64,000 bases of DNA from a virus. The stretch spans positions 1 to 64,000 of IMG/VR virus record IMGVR_UViG_3300035698_005189; one strand, 5' to 3'. Below are positions 56,397 to 64,000 of the stretch, piece after piece. The notes beneath the pieces were generated by a model, which saw only the letters and a program-made list of their open reading frames with translations, had not been told where the DNA came from and did not search any database. A program made the translations under genes and the position numbers. Position 1 is the stretch's first letter; each line of letters opens with the position of its first letter.

Positions 56397-57239
56397 CTAC
56401 GCTGGGTCGGGATCGGGAAGGTGGGGGCGGAGGTGCGCTACGCATGGGGGCTCCTGGGGCTCACCCTCTTCGTCGCCGCCGGGGGCTGGGGGCGTGTCGC
56501 CCCATCCCGTCTTCAGGGGCTGGTGATGGAAGCACATCGGCGGCGGCGGGTCGTCGGATGCGTGGGCCGCCACGACGAGGCCCGTACCCTTGGCGTCCAA
56601 TTCGACCGTTGACCACGAATACTGCGGCAGACGGAACCGCGTCTCGAGGAAGGCGATCACGGCCTTCTCTTCGGCCTCCAGCATGGTGGTCGCGGTGTCA
56701 CCCACGAGGGCATCCATCGCTCCCGGCGTCAGGAGGGATGGGTCCACGGCCAGGCCGATCTGCCGGTAGGCAGCTCTCGCGTACGACTCCACCAGGCGAT
56801 GGCCAGTGAGCGGGTCCCGGTAGGGGTCATCCCACTCGGCCAGGTGCAGGACGGGGACGCCGACGCTCGTGGCGTAGGCTACCTCGTGCTGCAGGCCTTC
56901 GCTCGAGTGTAGAGGCGCTCCCTGCCAGAACTGATCGGCCAGGCCGATGAGGACTTCGTCATCCTTGAGCCAGTCGATGGCGGGGCGATCTGGGATGAGT
57001 CCACCTTCGACCACGAGGTCGGTGTGAATCCACGACAAGACGACGTAGCCGGCGTTGATGGCCAGGCCGACGAGGCTCAGGTAGCGACCGACGTTCCGGT
57101 CATGATCCCCCCACTCCGGGATGCCGTCGCCGCGCAGGGGGTGGCCGATGTACACGGTCGGCTTGCGGAGCCGCTTGCGTAGGGTCTTGGGCTCTTCGTC
57201 TTCGGCGGTGGTCGGGTCGGGGATGACTTCGGTCTGCAT
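56397..57239 (-). CDS. NDT-like (DUF4406/DUF1937-type) domain protein
   Basis: 'VYIGHPLRG...SSEGLQHEVAYATSVGVPV'. Confidence 0.6.
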   Translation of the reverse strand: MQTEVIPDPTTAEDEEPKTLRKRLRKPTVYIGHPLRGDGIPEWGDHDRNVGRYLSLVGLAINAGYVVLSWIHTDLVVEGGLIPDRPAIDWLKDDEVLIGLADQFWQGAPLHSSEGLQHEVAYATSVGVPVLHLAEWDDPYRDPLTGHRLVESYARAAYRQIGLAVDPSLLTPGAMDALVGDTATTMLEAEEKAVIAFLETRFRLPQYSWSTVELDAKGTGLVVAAHASDDPPPPMCFHHQPLKTGWGDTPPAPGGDEEGEPQEPPCVAHLRPHLPDPDPA

Positions 57240-57244
57240 GGGGG

Positions 57245-58108
57245 CTACCTCGGGGGTGGTCCGGATCTGGTGGGGGTCACTGACTCTGTCGCTTCGAACC
57301 ACGTTGGTCTCATCGATGGGCGGTTCGTGGTGAGCCATTCGGTCTGCTGCTTCGAGAAAGTTCGCTTTTGTCCACGTCGCTCACTGTCGAGGTTGGTCTC
57401 GTACCAGCCCGGACCCATGAGGGAGGCCAGGGGTCGCGCTTCCGATATCAGCACGACAGCCCCGCGTGAGGACCACACCAGGAGGCACTCCCGGAGGTCC
57501 TCGGCGTAGATGTTATTCGCGTAGCCGGTCGTGTCCCGGTAGCTGGGGTCGGCGAATACCACGAAGCCACTGCAGTCGGCTGGGATCGGGACGTCAATAC
57601 CCGATGTATGGAAGGCGCGCACAGGCACCGACCACTTACGAAGCCGAGTGACCAGCTTCCGTGCTGTCGGGCCGTGGGCGTTGAACCCGCTCTCGGGCTG
57701 CCCGGCCCTGAACGACCTGGAGGCGCACAGGAGCCACCGGGCGGCTGCCTCCGTACGCAGGTCGAGGTCGGGCGAGGTCAGGTCGTCGTATCCGATGGTG
57801 TTGAGGCGCAGCCAGAGGGGCTTTGGTTCCTCATCGCCCCAGGAGCGGATCAGGGTAGCGACCGCGTCGACTCCGCCGGCTGTGCCGAGGATGTCGTGGA
57901 CTGCGCCCCAAGGGCCGGGGTCGCTCAGCCAGATCTCGTCGGCCCCGAGGCCGGACCGTAGGCCTGCGACGGCGAAGATGGGGTCGGCGTAGCTGCGCTT
58001 CCCGCCCATATACGAGATGGGCGGGTTGGCTTTGCCTCCGCCGTCGAGTCGCTCAGCCAGGGCGGCACTGCCGGCGCACATCTCAAACCATACGAGAGGG
58101 CGCTTCAT
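57245..58108 (-). CDS. Dam/D12-class N6-adenine DNA methyltransferase-like protein
   Basis: 'SYMGGK', 'FEMCAGSAA', 'VFADPSY', 'LISE', 'EWLTTN'. Confidence 0.75.
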   Translation of the reverse strand: MKRPLVWFEMCAGSAALAERLDGGGKANPPISYMGGKRSYADPIFAVAGLRSGLGADEIWLSDPGPWGAVHDILGTAGGVDAVATLIRSWGDEEPKPLWLRLNTIGYDDLTSPDLDLRTEAAARWLLCASRSFRAGQPESGFNAHGPTARKLVTRLRKWSVPVRAFHTSGIDVPIPADCSGFVVFADPSYRDTTGYANNIYAEDLRECLLVWSSRGAVVLISEARPLASLMGPGWYETNLDSERRGQKRTFSKQQTEWLTTNRPSMRPTWFEATESVTPTRSGPPPR

Positions 58109-58977
58109 CGCTTCTTCCTGTGGGTCATGTCTACGACCGTGGGACGGGGCGGGGGACCGACGGGAGCCCCAGCACCAGGCTCAGCGAAGCGAGCCACGAT
58201 GGACGAGTCGGCTACGGCAGATACGCGGGCGTTGGCACGATCGGCCCACCACGGGCGGATCTCGGAGCCCAGCACCGACATACCACAGCGACTGGCTCCC
58301 GCGAGTAGGGCACCCGTCCCGCTATGCGGGTCGATGCAGAGGGCCCCAGGCGTCCCGTACCGGGTCGCAACCCACTCCGCGAGCCAGACCGGCTTCTCCC
58401 CTGAGAGGCGGTCCTCACCGTCTGGGGCACCCGGGCAGCGCAGTCTGGCTGAGGGTGGCGCGGTGGGTCCCTCGAGGAAGTTGTGGCCCTCACGATGCAT
58501 CCCCATCCAGTTGAACTTGGACTTCGCCCCGTCACGCCTGACCACGATGGCGATCTGCACACCTGACAGGGGGCGGGCCCGGCGGAGGGTTGGGGCTGGG
58601 TTGGTGACGTGCCACGCCAGGAAGTAGGCGTCGGTCGTACGGGGGTCGGCCTTGGCTACGGCGATAATCTGGGAGAACTGGACGTCGGAGCACCAGATCA
58701 CGGCATGGCCTCCCGGCGTCAGGACGCGCAGCCACTCGTTGAGGTGAGGCCGGAAGTCGTACGGGGCTACGTCGTAGCACCCTCCGCCCATTACGGCCTT
58801 CCCGCCGTGAGTCGACTTCGCCTTCGCTGAGGCTGTGTTGGAGCCGAAGGCATCGATGACCAAGGCGGACGTGTCGAGGTTGTAGGGGACGTCCACGCTC
58901 ACGAGATGGACCGAGCCATCGTCGAGGGTCGGGTACAGCACCTCGAGTGCATCACCAGCCAGGATTCGACGACTCAT
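58105..58977 (-). CDS. Beta-class (N4C/N6A) DNA methyltransferase
   Basis: 'GDALEVL...DVPYN...RVLTPGG...EKPVWL...IDPHSGTG'. Confidence 0.85.
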   Translation of the reverse strand: MSRRILAGDALEVLYPTLDDGSVHLVSVDVPYNLDTSALVIDAFGSNTASAKAKSTHGGKAVMGGGCYDVAPYDFRPHLNEWLRVLTPGGHAVIWCSDVQFSQIIAVAKADPRTTDAYFLAWHVTNPAPTLRRARPLSGVQIAIVVRRDGAKSKFNWMGMHREGHNFLEGPTAPPSARLRCPGAPDGEDRLSGEKPVWLAEWVATRYGTPGALCIDPHSGTGALLAGASRCGMSVLGSEIRPWWADRANARVSAVADSSIVARFAEPGAGAPVGPPPRPTVVDMTHRKKR

Positions 58978-59200
58978 GCTGGACTCCCGAAGCGGGCGGC
59001 GGTGCAGGCCTTGGCCGCCAGCTCGACGGTGACGACGTCGGCAGGAGACCCTTCGCGCTTGGCGACACGGGCCTGGGCGGCCAAGACTCTACGGACTCGC
59101 CAGGGCAGTGAGGCGGCTGCCTCACCGACAAGGTCGTCGGCGTGGGACTCTGACGGTAGGGCCCTCAACGCGACACAGACAGGGCAGGTACACTGGGGGC

Positions 59201-59956
59201 TCATTTTTCCTCCACGGCGACAGCGGTCGCCACGGTAACGGGGGCTGCGACGGCTCGCTTGGCGGCAATCTGGCGGGCGAGGGCTGTGTACTCGGCCTCC
59301 TCGAGAAGGTCGGGGACGGCGGGGCCCAGGGACCCTGTACCTGTCGCGGTTGCCGCCGCAGGTGCTGCCGCCTGCGCGGCGGTAGCGGCGGCTGCGGTGG
59401 CATCCGAGATCCGCTGTCGCTTGTCCGACCGATGCTTGTCCAGCCGGATCATAGCCGAAGCCATGCCCTCGAAGGTATTCGCCCCGACGGCGTCTTCGCC
59501 GGTCATCCTCTTCAGGCCCTCAGCCCAAATCGTATTCAGCTTGTCCAGCTCATCCAGCTCACGACCGACCGCGTCGCTGGCGGCGTAGGCGAGGACGCGC
59601 CCCTGGATGTGCCTCCAGTGCGCTGCCCGGCGGTCAGGCCATCCGTCCCGGGTCGCCCTCTCAGCCGTACGGGGCAGGCTGATGACGTCCTTAGCTAATG
59701 CCGACTCGGGCCCGTCGATGCGGGTGGACTCCCACGCCTGCCGGATCGTTATGTCCGGGTCCTGCATGTAGGCCAAGAAGACAGCCATCACGGCTCGCTG
59801 TCCTGGCTTGCCTCCCCGCATGTCGATGACCGCGACCCCGCGCTCGAGTACTGTACGCGGGGGTGGGGGCGGGGGCGGGGTATGTCGCCGCCCCACGCTA
59901 CCTCCGGACCGGGGGCGGGGGTGCGCGGTGTCGCTTGGGTCCGGTGAGCCACTCAC
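59201..59956 (-). CDS. Helical DNA-binding protein, candidate terminase small subunit
   Basis: HTH-like N-terminal part followed by 'ERATRDGWPDRR' and helical oligomerisation-like segment; weak. Confidence 0.35.
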   Translation of the reverse strand: MSGSPDPSDTAHPRPRSGGSVGRRHTPPPPPPPRTVLERGVAVIDMRGGKPGQRAVMAVFLAYMQDPDITIRQAWESTRIDGPESALAKDVISLPRTAERATRDGWPDRRAAHWRHIQGRVLAYAASDAVGRELDELDKLNTIWAEGLKRMTGEDAVGANTFEGMASAMIRLDKHRSDKRQRISDATAAAATAAQAAAPAAATATGTGSLGPAVPDLLEEAEYTALARQIAAKRAVAAPVTVATAVAVEEK

Positions 59957-60587
59957 GACCGAGGACGTTGATGGGGTTGCCCTTGGTGACTCGGTTGAAC
60001 ACCTGGCGCTGCTTCTCGCGGAGGTCGGTGAGGCGGAGGGTCCCGGCCCTGAGCTTGGCTTCGTCTATGACGACGGCCGCCACAGCCACGGCATCGCAGA
60101 GGTCCTCTGCGACCGAGGGGTGGAGGTCAGCCAGGAGTGTCCGATCTGGGAAGTAGCGCACGGTCGCCTCCCGCATGTCGGGCTTGTCCGCGTTGGCGTT
60201 GTCGGCGACGTACATCTTGACTGATGAGGGGTCGATCGTCCTGAAGGGCCTGGAGGCCTTGTGGAGTGCCAGGCGACCGGCTCCGCCAATCTCACCAGAC
60301 TCGTGACCACGACCCGAGCCGAAGGAGTAGCCCTCCAGCCCGTAGAAGTCGGCCTCGGCGGCGGGGACCGCCACAGCCAGCCACGTCTCCACACCCAGCA
60401 GTCGGTCCACGCCCCACTGCTCCTTGTCCTTTGTCGTACGCAGGAGGCGAGTTACCCTCCCGCCTCCCTTCTTCACAGCCGCCTGCGTCAGCGAGTAGGC
60501 CCACCAGTCAACCAGTAGGCCTGTGTGATAGTCCACGACAGCGATGGCTCCGTGGTTGGGGGATACGTCGAGTCCAGCTACCCTCAT
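59898..60587 (-). CDS. ruvC: RuvC-like Holliday junction resolvase
   Basis: 'VAGLDVS', 'LEGYSFG', 'SVKMYVADNANADK', 'DLCDAVAVA'. Confidence 0.85.
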   Translation of the reverse strand: MRVAGLDVSPNHGAIAVVDYHTGLLVDWWAYSLTQAAVKKGGGRVTRLLRTTKDKEQWGVDRLLGVETWLAVAVPAAEADFYGLEGYSFGSGRGHESGEIGGAGRLALHKASRPFRTIDPSSVKMYVADNANADKPDMREATVRYFPDRTLLADLHPSVAEDLCDAVAVAAVVIDEAKLRAGTLRLTDLREKQRQVFNRVTKGNPINVLGREWLTGPKRHRAPPPPVRR

Positions 60588-62449
60588 GAGACAGTCTCCT
60601 CGACGACGGTAGAGTCGTCTTCTCCACGGGTCACTCTCACCGACCTGGGCATGGAGGCCGACAGTCGGGGGTCATGGTCTACGACAACGACGTCGGCCAC
60701 ACCGACCGCTGCGATAGCAGCGGCTACGGAGGACTTACCGGCCTCATCGAGCCCGGAGAATACTTCCTCGTCAAGGACAAGAAGCGAAAGGGGCGACGCC
60801 CCGAGGGCTGAGAAGGCCCCGGCCACGGCCAGGTCGGCAGCCAGGTTGACCCGCCGCCGCTCGCCGCCGGACAGCGCCATGAGGGCGCACTCTTCCGGCT
60901 TCCCGCTCCTGAGATCAGTGACCACAGTCCGGATCTCGTCTTTCTGGGCTCCGCGTGCGGTCTTGCGGGTGGCGGGGAATGCGATCTCGAAGGCCCCATC
61001 GGACAGGGCGACGAGCCATCGGTTGGCGTCCGTAGCGATGGCCGACAAGGCGGCCTCGGACAGGTGAGCCCTGACGCCCTTAGGGCCCAAGGCAGCTTCC
61101 CATCCGGCGGCAGTGTCGCGTGCGCGTCTGGCCTGGCTGGCGGCGTAGGCGACCTGAACCAGGAGGCGCTCATCTCCGCGCAGCTTGGCCTCGGCGTCGC
61201 TAACCAGGCCGGTGTACGGGTTCTCGGCTACCTCGGCGTCAGCCAGGGTCCTGCGGGCTGTCGTCAGGGCGGCGTCGGCCAGGGCGACGGTGGAGGCTTC
61301 CGGGCGGGAGAGGGCCCGCAGCTGGGTGCTGTGGGCGACTGTCTCAACGCGCAGCCACTCGAGCGCGGAGTCCCGGGTGGCGACTGCGTCGGTGTGATAG
61401 GCCTTCAGGGCAAGGCACGCTTCGGCCTGGGTCGCCTGGGCGGTGCGCTCGGTGGCGAGTTCGGTAGCCAGGTGGCCATCGGCCCGGACCGACTCACCGC
61501 AGGTCGGGCACGGGTCCCCGACCTTGACGGCAGCCAGCTTCGCCACGGCAGCGACGTGGGCCCGGGAGGTGGCGGCTGCGATCCCGTGAGCCCGGGAGGC
61601 TTCGTTAACTGCGTCGTCGTAGGGTTGCCGGTTCAGTGACGGGGCCTCGGCCTCCTTGGCGAGAATCGCCGCAGCCAGGGTCTTGCCGGCTGCGTCGGTC
61701 GCGTGGGCAGCTGCCAGGACAGCCTCGCAGGCAAGGACAGCAGAGAGGGCTTCGGCTACCCTGGTGTCCCGTCCCTCGGCCCACGAATCGGCTCTGGCAC
61801 GGATGGCGTTGACATCGGACGCCTCCACGCGGGCCCGTACGCCTCTCTCGCGCTCACCCAGGATGGCTGCCTGGCCTTCGTGCGACTTGCGGGCCTTGGA
61901 AGCTGCAGCCCGGTAGGGCTCCAGGCGCTCGGCCCCGCTGACGGCATCCACGATCTCGCGCTTCTTGGCGTCGGTCGCCTCAGCAAACGACCACGGATCT
62001 CCCTGACCACGGAGGACGGTCCTGCAGAAGACTTCGTGTGTCCCGATCATGGCGATAAGCCCAGCCTCACCACCAGGCATCGGCTCCCATGTCTTGCCGT
62101 CCTGAGAGGCCTCGTAGATCGCTTCCTCGGCCTTCCGACCACGGCCCCGGGTCCTGGTCACCTGCAGCAACCAGTCGCCGTCGCGCATGATGACTGCGAC
62201 ACAGCAAGACTTGGACCCACGACGAATCACGGAGGCACCCGACGCGCAGGACGTACCAGACCCCATCCGCTCAGGCGCTGCCTTGCCGTAAAGGCACCAG
62301 GCGAGGGCCTTGCTCGCCATCGTTGACTTGCCGGCCCCGTTCGGGCCTGTGACGGCCACCGGACCACGACCCCCGAGGGTCAGGGTCTGCGTACCGGCTA
62401 CAGGTCCGAAGTCGGTAACCTCTACGCTTTCCAGGGTCAGTCGCTTCAT
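60584..62449 (-). CDS. sbcC: SbcC/Rad50 (T4 gp46-like) ATPase
   Basis: 'GPNGAGKS', zinc hook 'CPTCG', 'LSGGE', 'LVLDE'. Confidence 0.92.
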   Translation of the reverse strand: MKRLTLESVEVTDFGPVAGTQTLTLGGRGPVAVTGPNGAGKSTMASKALAWCLYGKAAPERMGSGTSCASGASVIRRGSKSCCVAVIMRDGDWLLQVTRTRGRGRKAEEAIYEASQDGKTWEPMPGGEAGLIAMIGTHEVFCRTVLRGQGDPWSFAEATDAKKREIVDAVSGAERLEPYRAAASKARKSHEGQAAILGERERGVRARVEASDVNAIRARADSWAEGRDTRVAEALSAVLACEAVLAAAHATDAAGKTLAAAILAKEAEAPSLNRQPYDDAVNEASRAHGIAAATSRAHVAAVAKLAAVKVGDPCPTCGESVRADGHLATELATERTAQATQAEACLALKAYHTDAVATRDSALEWLRVETVAHSTQLRALSRPEASTVALADAALTTARRTLADAEVAENPYTGLVSDAEAKLRGDERLLVQVAYAASQARRARDTAAGWEAALGPKGVRAHLSEAALSAIATDANRWLVALSDGAFEIAFPATRKTARGAQKDEIRTVVTDLRSGKPEECALMALSGGERRRVNLAADLAVAGAFSALGASPLSLLVLDEEVFSGLDEAGKSSVAAAIAAVGVADVVVVDHDPRLSASMPRSVRVTRGEDDSTVVEETVS

Positions 62450-63444
62450 GGTCCGGCCTCCGTCATCCCGAGTTCGTCTGCGGCGTAGGCGAGCATGTCT
62501 GCCGGGTCGACCTGCAGCGGGTCGGGGCCGTGGGTCCTGAGCACCCATCGGATGGCAGCCTCTTCGGGGGTGTCGCCGCGCTCGACGACGCCCCGGCTGG
62601 AGCCGGTGGCGGCTGCGGTGAGGATTGGGACCCCAGCCAGGCCGGCATCGGCTATGGTCTTCGCGTGGACGTCGGCCTCCTTCCGGGTGGCCGTGGTCAC
62701 TACCCTGACCTTGTCGCCCTCGCGCACCCAGTCTGGTCGCACGGGGGCTCCGTCATCCGGGTTCCATCGGATCGTGCAGTGCCTTGGGGCTCCGATATCA
62801 CCGAAGGCGACACGGCTGGGGGCGGACCCGAGGGCGGTGTCCGGCGTCACGACCAGGAACCCCTTGGTGTGGCCCTCTTCGGCAAAGGTCCGCTCGTAGG
62901 GTGAGCCGCAGTAGACGACGCGACCGACATTCTGGGGGGCGTGGTAGTGGCCAGCGATAACAACGCCCTTGGGGACGACGTCGCCCGTAGTGTCCCGCCG
63001 AGCCGAGTTCTGGTAGGCACCCCTGAAGGCTGCGTGGGTCCAGGTCAGCGGGTGAGGTGAGAGGGGTAGGGAGTCGCGGGCGGCAGCGAAGCCGCCAGCA
63101 CCGGGCCACGGAACCATCGCCCCGACCTCCGTCTCTACGGGCGCGGTTACGACCGTGACTCTGGGACCGGAGAGCAAGGTCAGCGGGGTACCCCCGCAGG
63201 GAGCGATGTCGTGGTTCCCGGTCACGAGCCAGACGTGCCCAGGCCAGTCCCGCAGGCACTCGACAAGGGCGAAGACCGTGGGAACGTGCAGGGTGTCGGC
63301 CTGGTCGAAGATGTCGCCGCAGACCACGAGGTCGGCCCCGTCGAATGTCTGGGCGTGGGCCCGCATGACGCGGAAGGCCTCGACGACCCAGCCGATAGTC
63401 ATCGGGGTGACGTGAAGGTCGGCTGTGCCGAATACGTGGCGCAT
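62446..63444 (-). CDS. sbcD: SbcD/Mre11 (T4 gp47-like) nuclease
   Basis: 'ADLH', 'GDIFD', 'GNHD', 'GHYH', 'YCGSP'. Confidence 0.92.
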   Translation of the reverse strand: MRHVFGTADLHVTPMTIGWVVEAFRVMRAHAQTFDGADLVVCGDIFDQADTLHVPTVFALVECLRDWPGHVWLVTGNHDIAPCGGTPLTLLSGPRVTVVTAPVETEVGAMVPWPGAGGFAAARDSLPLSPHPLTWTHAAFRGAYQNSARRDTTGDVVPKGVVIAGHYHAPQNVGRVVYCGSPYERTFAEEGHTKGFLVVTPDTALGSAPSRVAFGDIGAPRHCTIRWNPDDGAPVRPDWVREGDKVRVVTTATRKEADVHAKTIADAGLAGVPILTAAATGSSRGVVERGDTPEEAAIRWVLRTHGPDPLQVDPADMLAYAADELGMTEAGP

Positions 63445-63446
63445 AG

Positions 63447-64000
63447 TCACCTCGCCTCGAGGTAGAGGCCCCGGAGGGTCAGCCACAGCCGGGGGTCCTC
63501 AGACATGAGATTCGAGAGGGCGGTCCAGCCTCGGAATGACCGATTCGCTGCGCCCAGGATGGAGGGGTCTGTGAAGCTCGACCAGCCACCGCCGACCCGG
63601 ATGATTCCGCGCATCTTGAGGTCTTCGTATACAGCCCAGGCGTTGTCGGCACCACGACCGAAGATCAGGCCATACTTTTCGGTATGGAATGGCGACTCGA
63701 CCTTGTTCTTGGGAATCCTGATACGGACGATCTGCCCCATAGGTACGGGGTGGCTATCCTTGGCCGAGCCGGGAGGCAGGACTTCGCCGATCTTGTCAAC
63801 CTCGATCCGGACGGTCGAGTGATACTTGATGCCGCCTCCGCCGTAGGTCTCGGACGAAGGCCCGTAGGTGTTGCGGCCCATCTTGATCGTCTCATAGCGC
63901 TGGTTGACGAGCACAAAGGCGATAGCCTCATCATCGATCAGCTGGATGAGGCGTCGCAGGTTGGATCGGATGACCTTGGCAGCGGCTGCCGGGTGGACGT
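63447..64000 (-). CDS. recA: RecA/UvsX-like recombinase (5' part outside window)
   Basis: 'LVNQ...ETYGGGGIKYHSTVRI...KNKVESPF...GGGWS'. Confidence 0.9.
   Translation of the reverse strand, partial: VHPAAAAKVIRSNLRRLIQLIDDEAIAFVLVNQRYETIKMGRNTYGPSSETYGGGGIKYHSTVRIEVDKIGEVLPPGSAKDSHPVPMGQIVRIRIPKNKVESPFHTEKYGLIFGRGADNAWAVYEDLKMRGIIRVGGGWSSFTDPSILGAANRSFRGWTALSNLMSEDPRLWLTLRGLYLEAR

Noticed and set aside
60584-64000. Rad50 + TOPRIM protein as a Wadjet-type defence system
   Set aside because: The ATPase has a zinc hook and an Mre11 partner next to RecA and RuvC, i.e. an ordinary phage recombination module; the TOPRIM gene is ~17 kb away
1-64000. tRNA, rRNA, CRISPR arrays, DGR, alternative genetic code
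   Set aside because: None recognised by eye; genes tile normally using all three stop codons. A tRNAscan/Infernal run is needed to exclude RNAs formally.

Overview
This window is 64 kb of a large, very GC-rich tailed (myovirus-type) phage genome. Essentially all real genes are on the minus strand, tightly packed with overlapping stop/start codons; the long plus-strand ORFs are shadow frames. In transcription order (right to left) it contains: (1) a recombination module (RecA-like, Mre11/SbcD, Rad50/SbcC, RuvC-like); (2) three DNA methyltransferases among ~25 kb of small accessory genes (MazG, amidase endolysin, YkgJ-like, MmcB-like nuclease, Topo VI-A/TOPRIM-like, DUF2786, beta-clamp-like); (3) a Herelleviridae/SPO1-Twort-style morphogenesis module (terminase, portal, MuF, prohead protease, scaffold, major capsid protein, neck proteins, tail sheath). 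The most striking part is the region between terminase and prohead protease. It encodes a sigma70-like factor, an InPase-topoisomerase IB fusion, a 2635-aa zincin-SNF2 helicase and an 853-aa multi-module protein. All four carry a hydrophobic-x-K-A/S motif like the inferred capsid maturation site, followed by a short basic/aromatic peptide that is near-identical in three places. I infer a virion-packaged, protease-matured cargo for transcription and DNA topology. A 40-bp repeat with a covarying leader hairpin, present twice upstream of small accessory genes, is a candidate target promoter. All assignments come from motif recognition by eye, not database searches.
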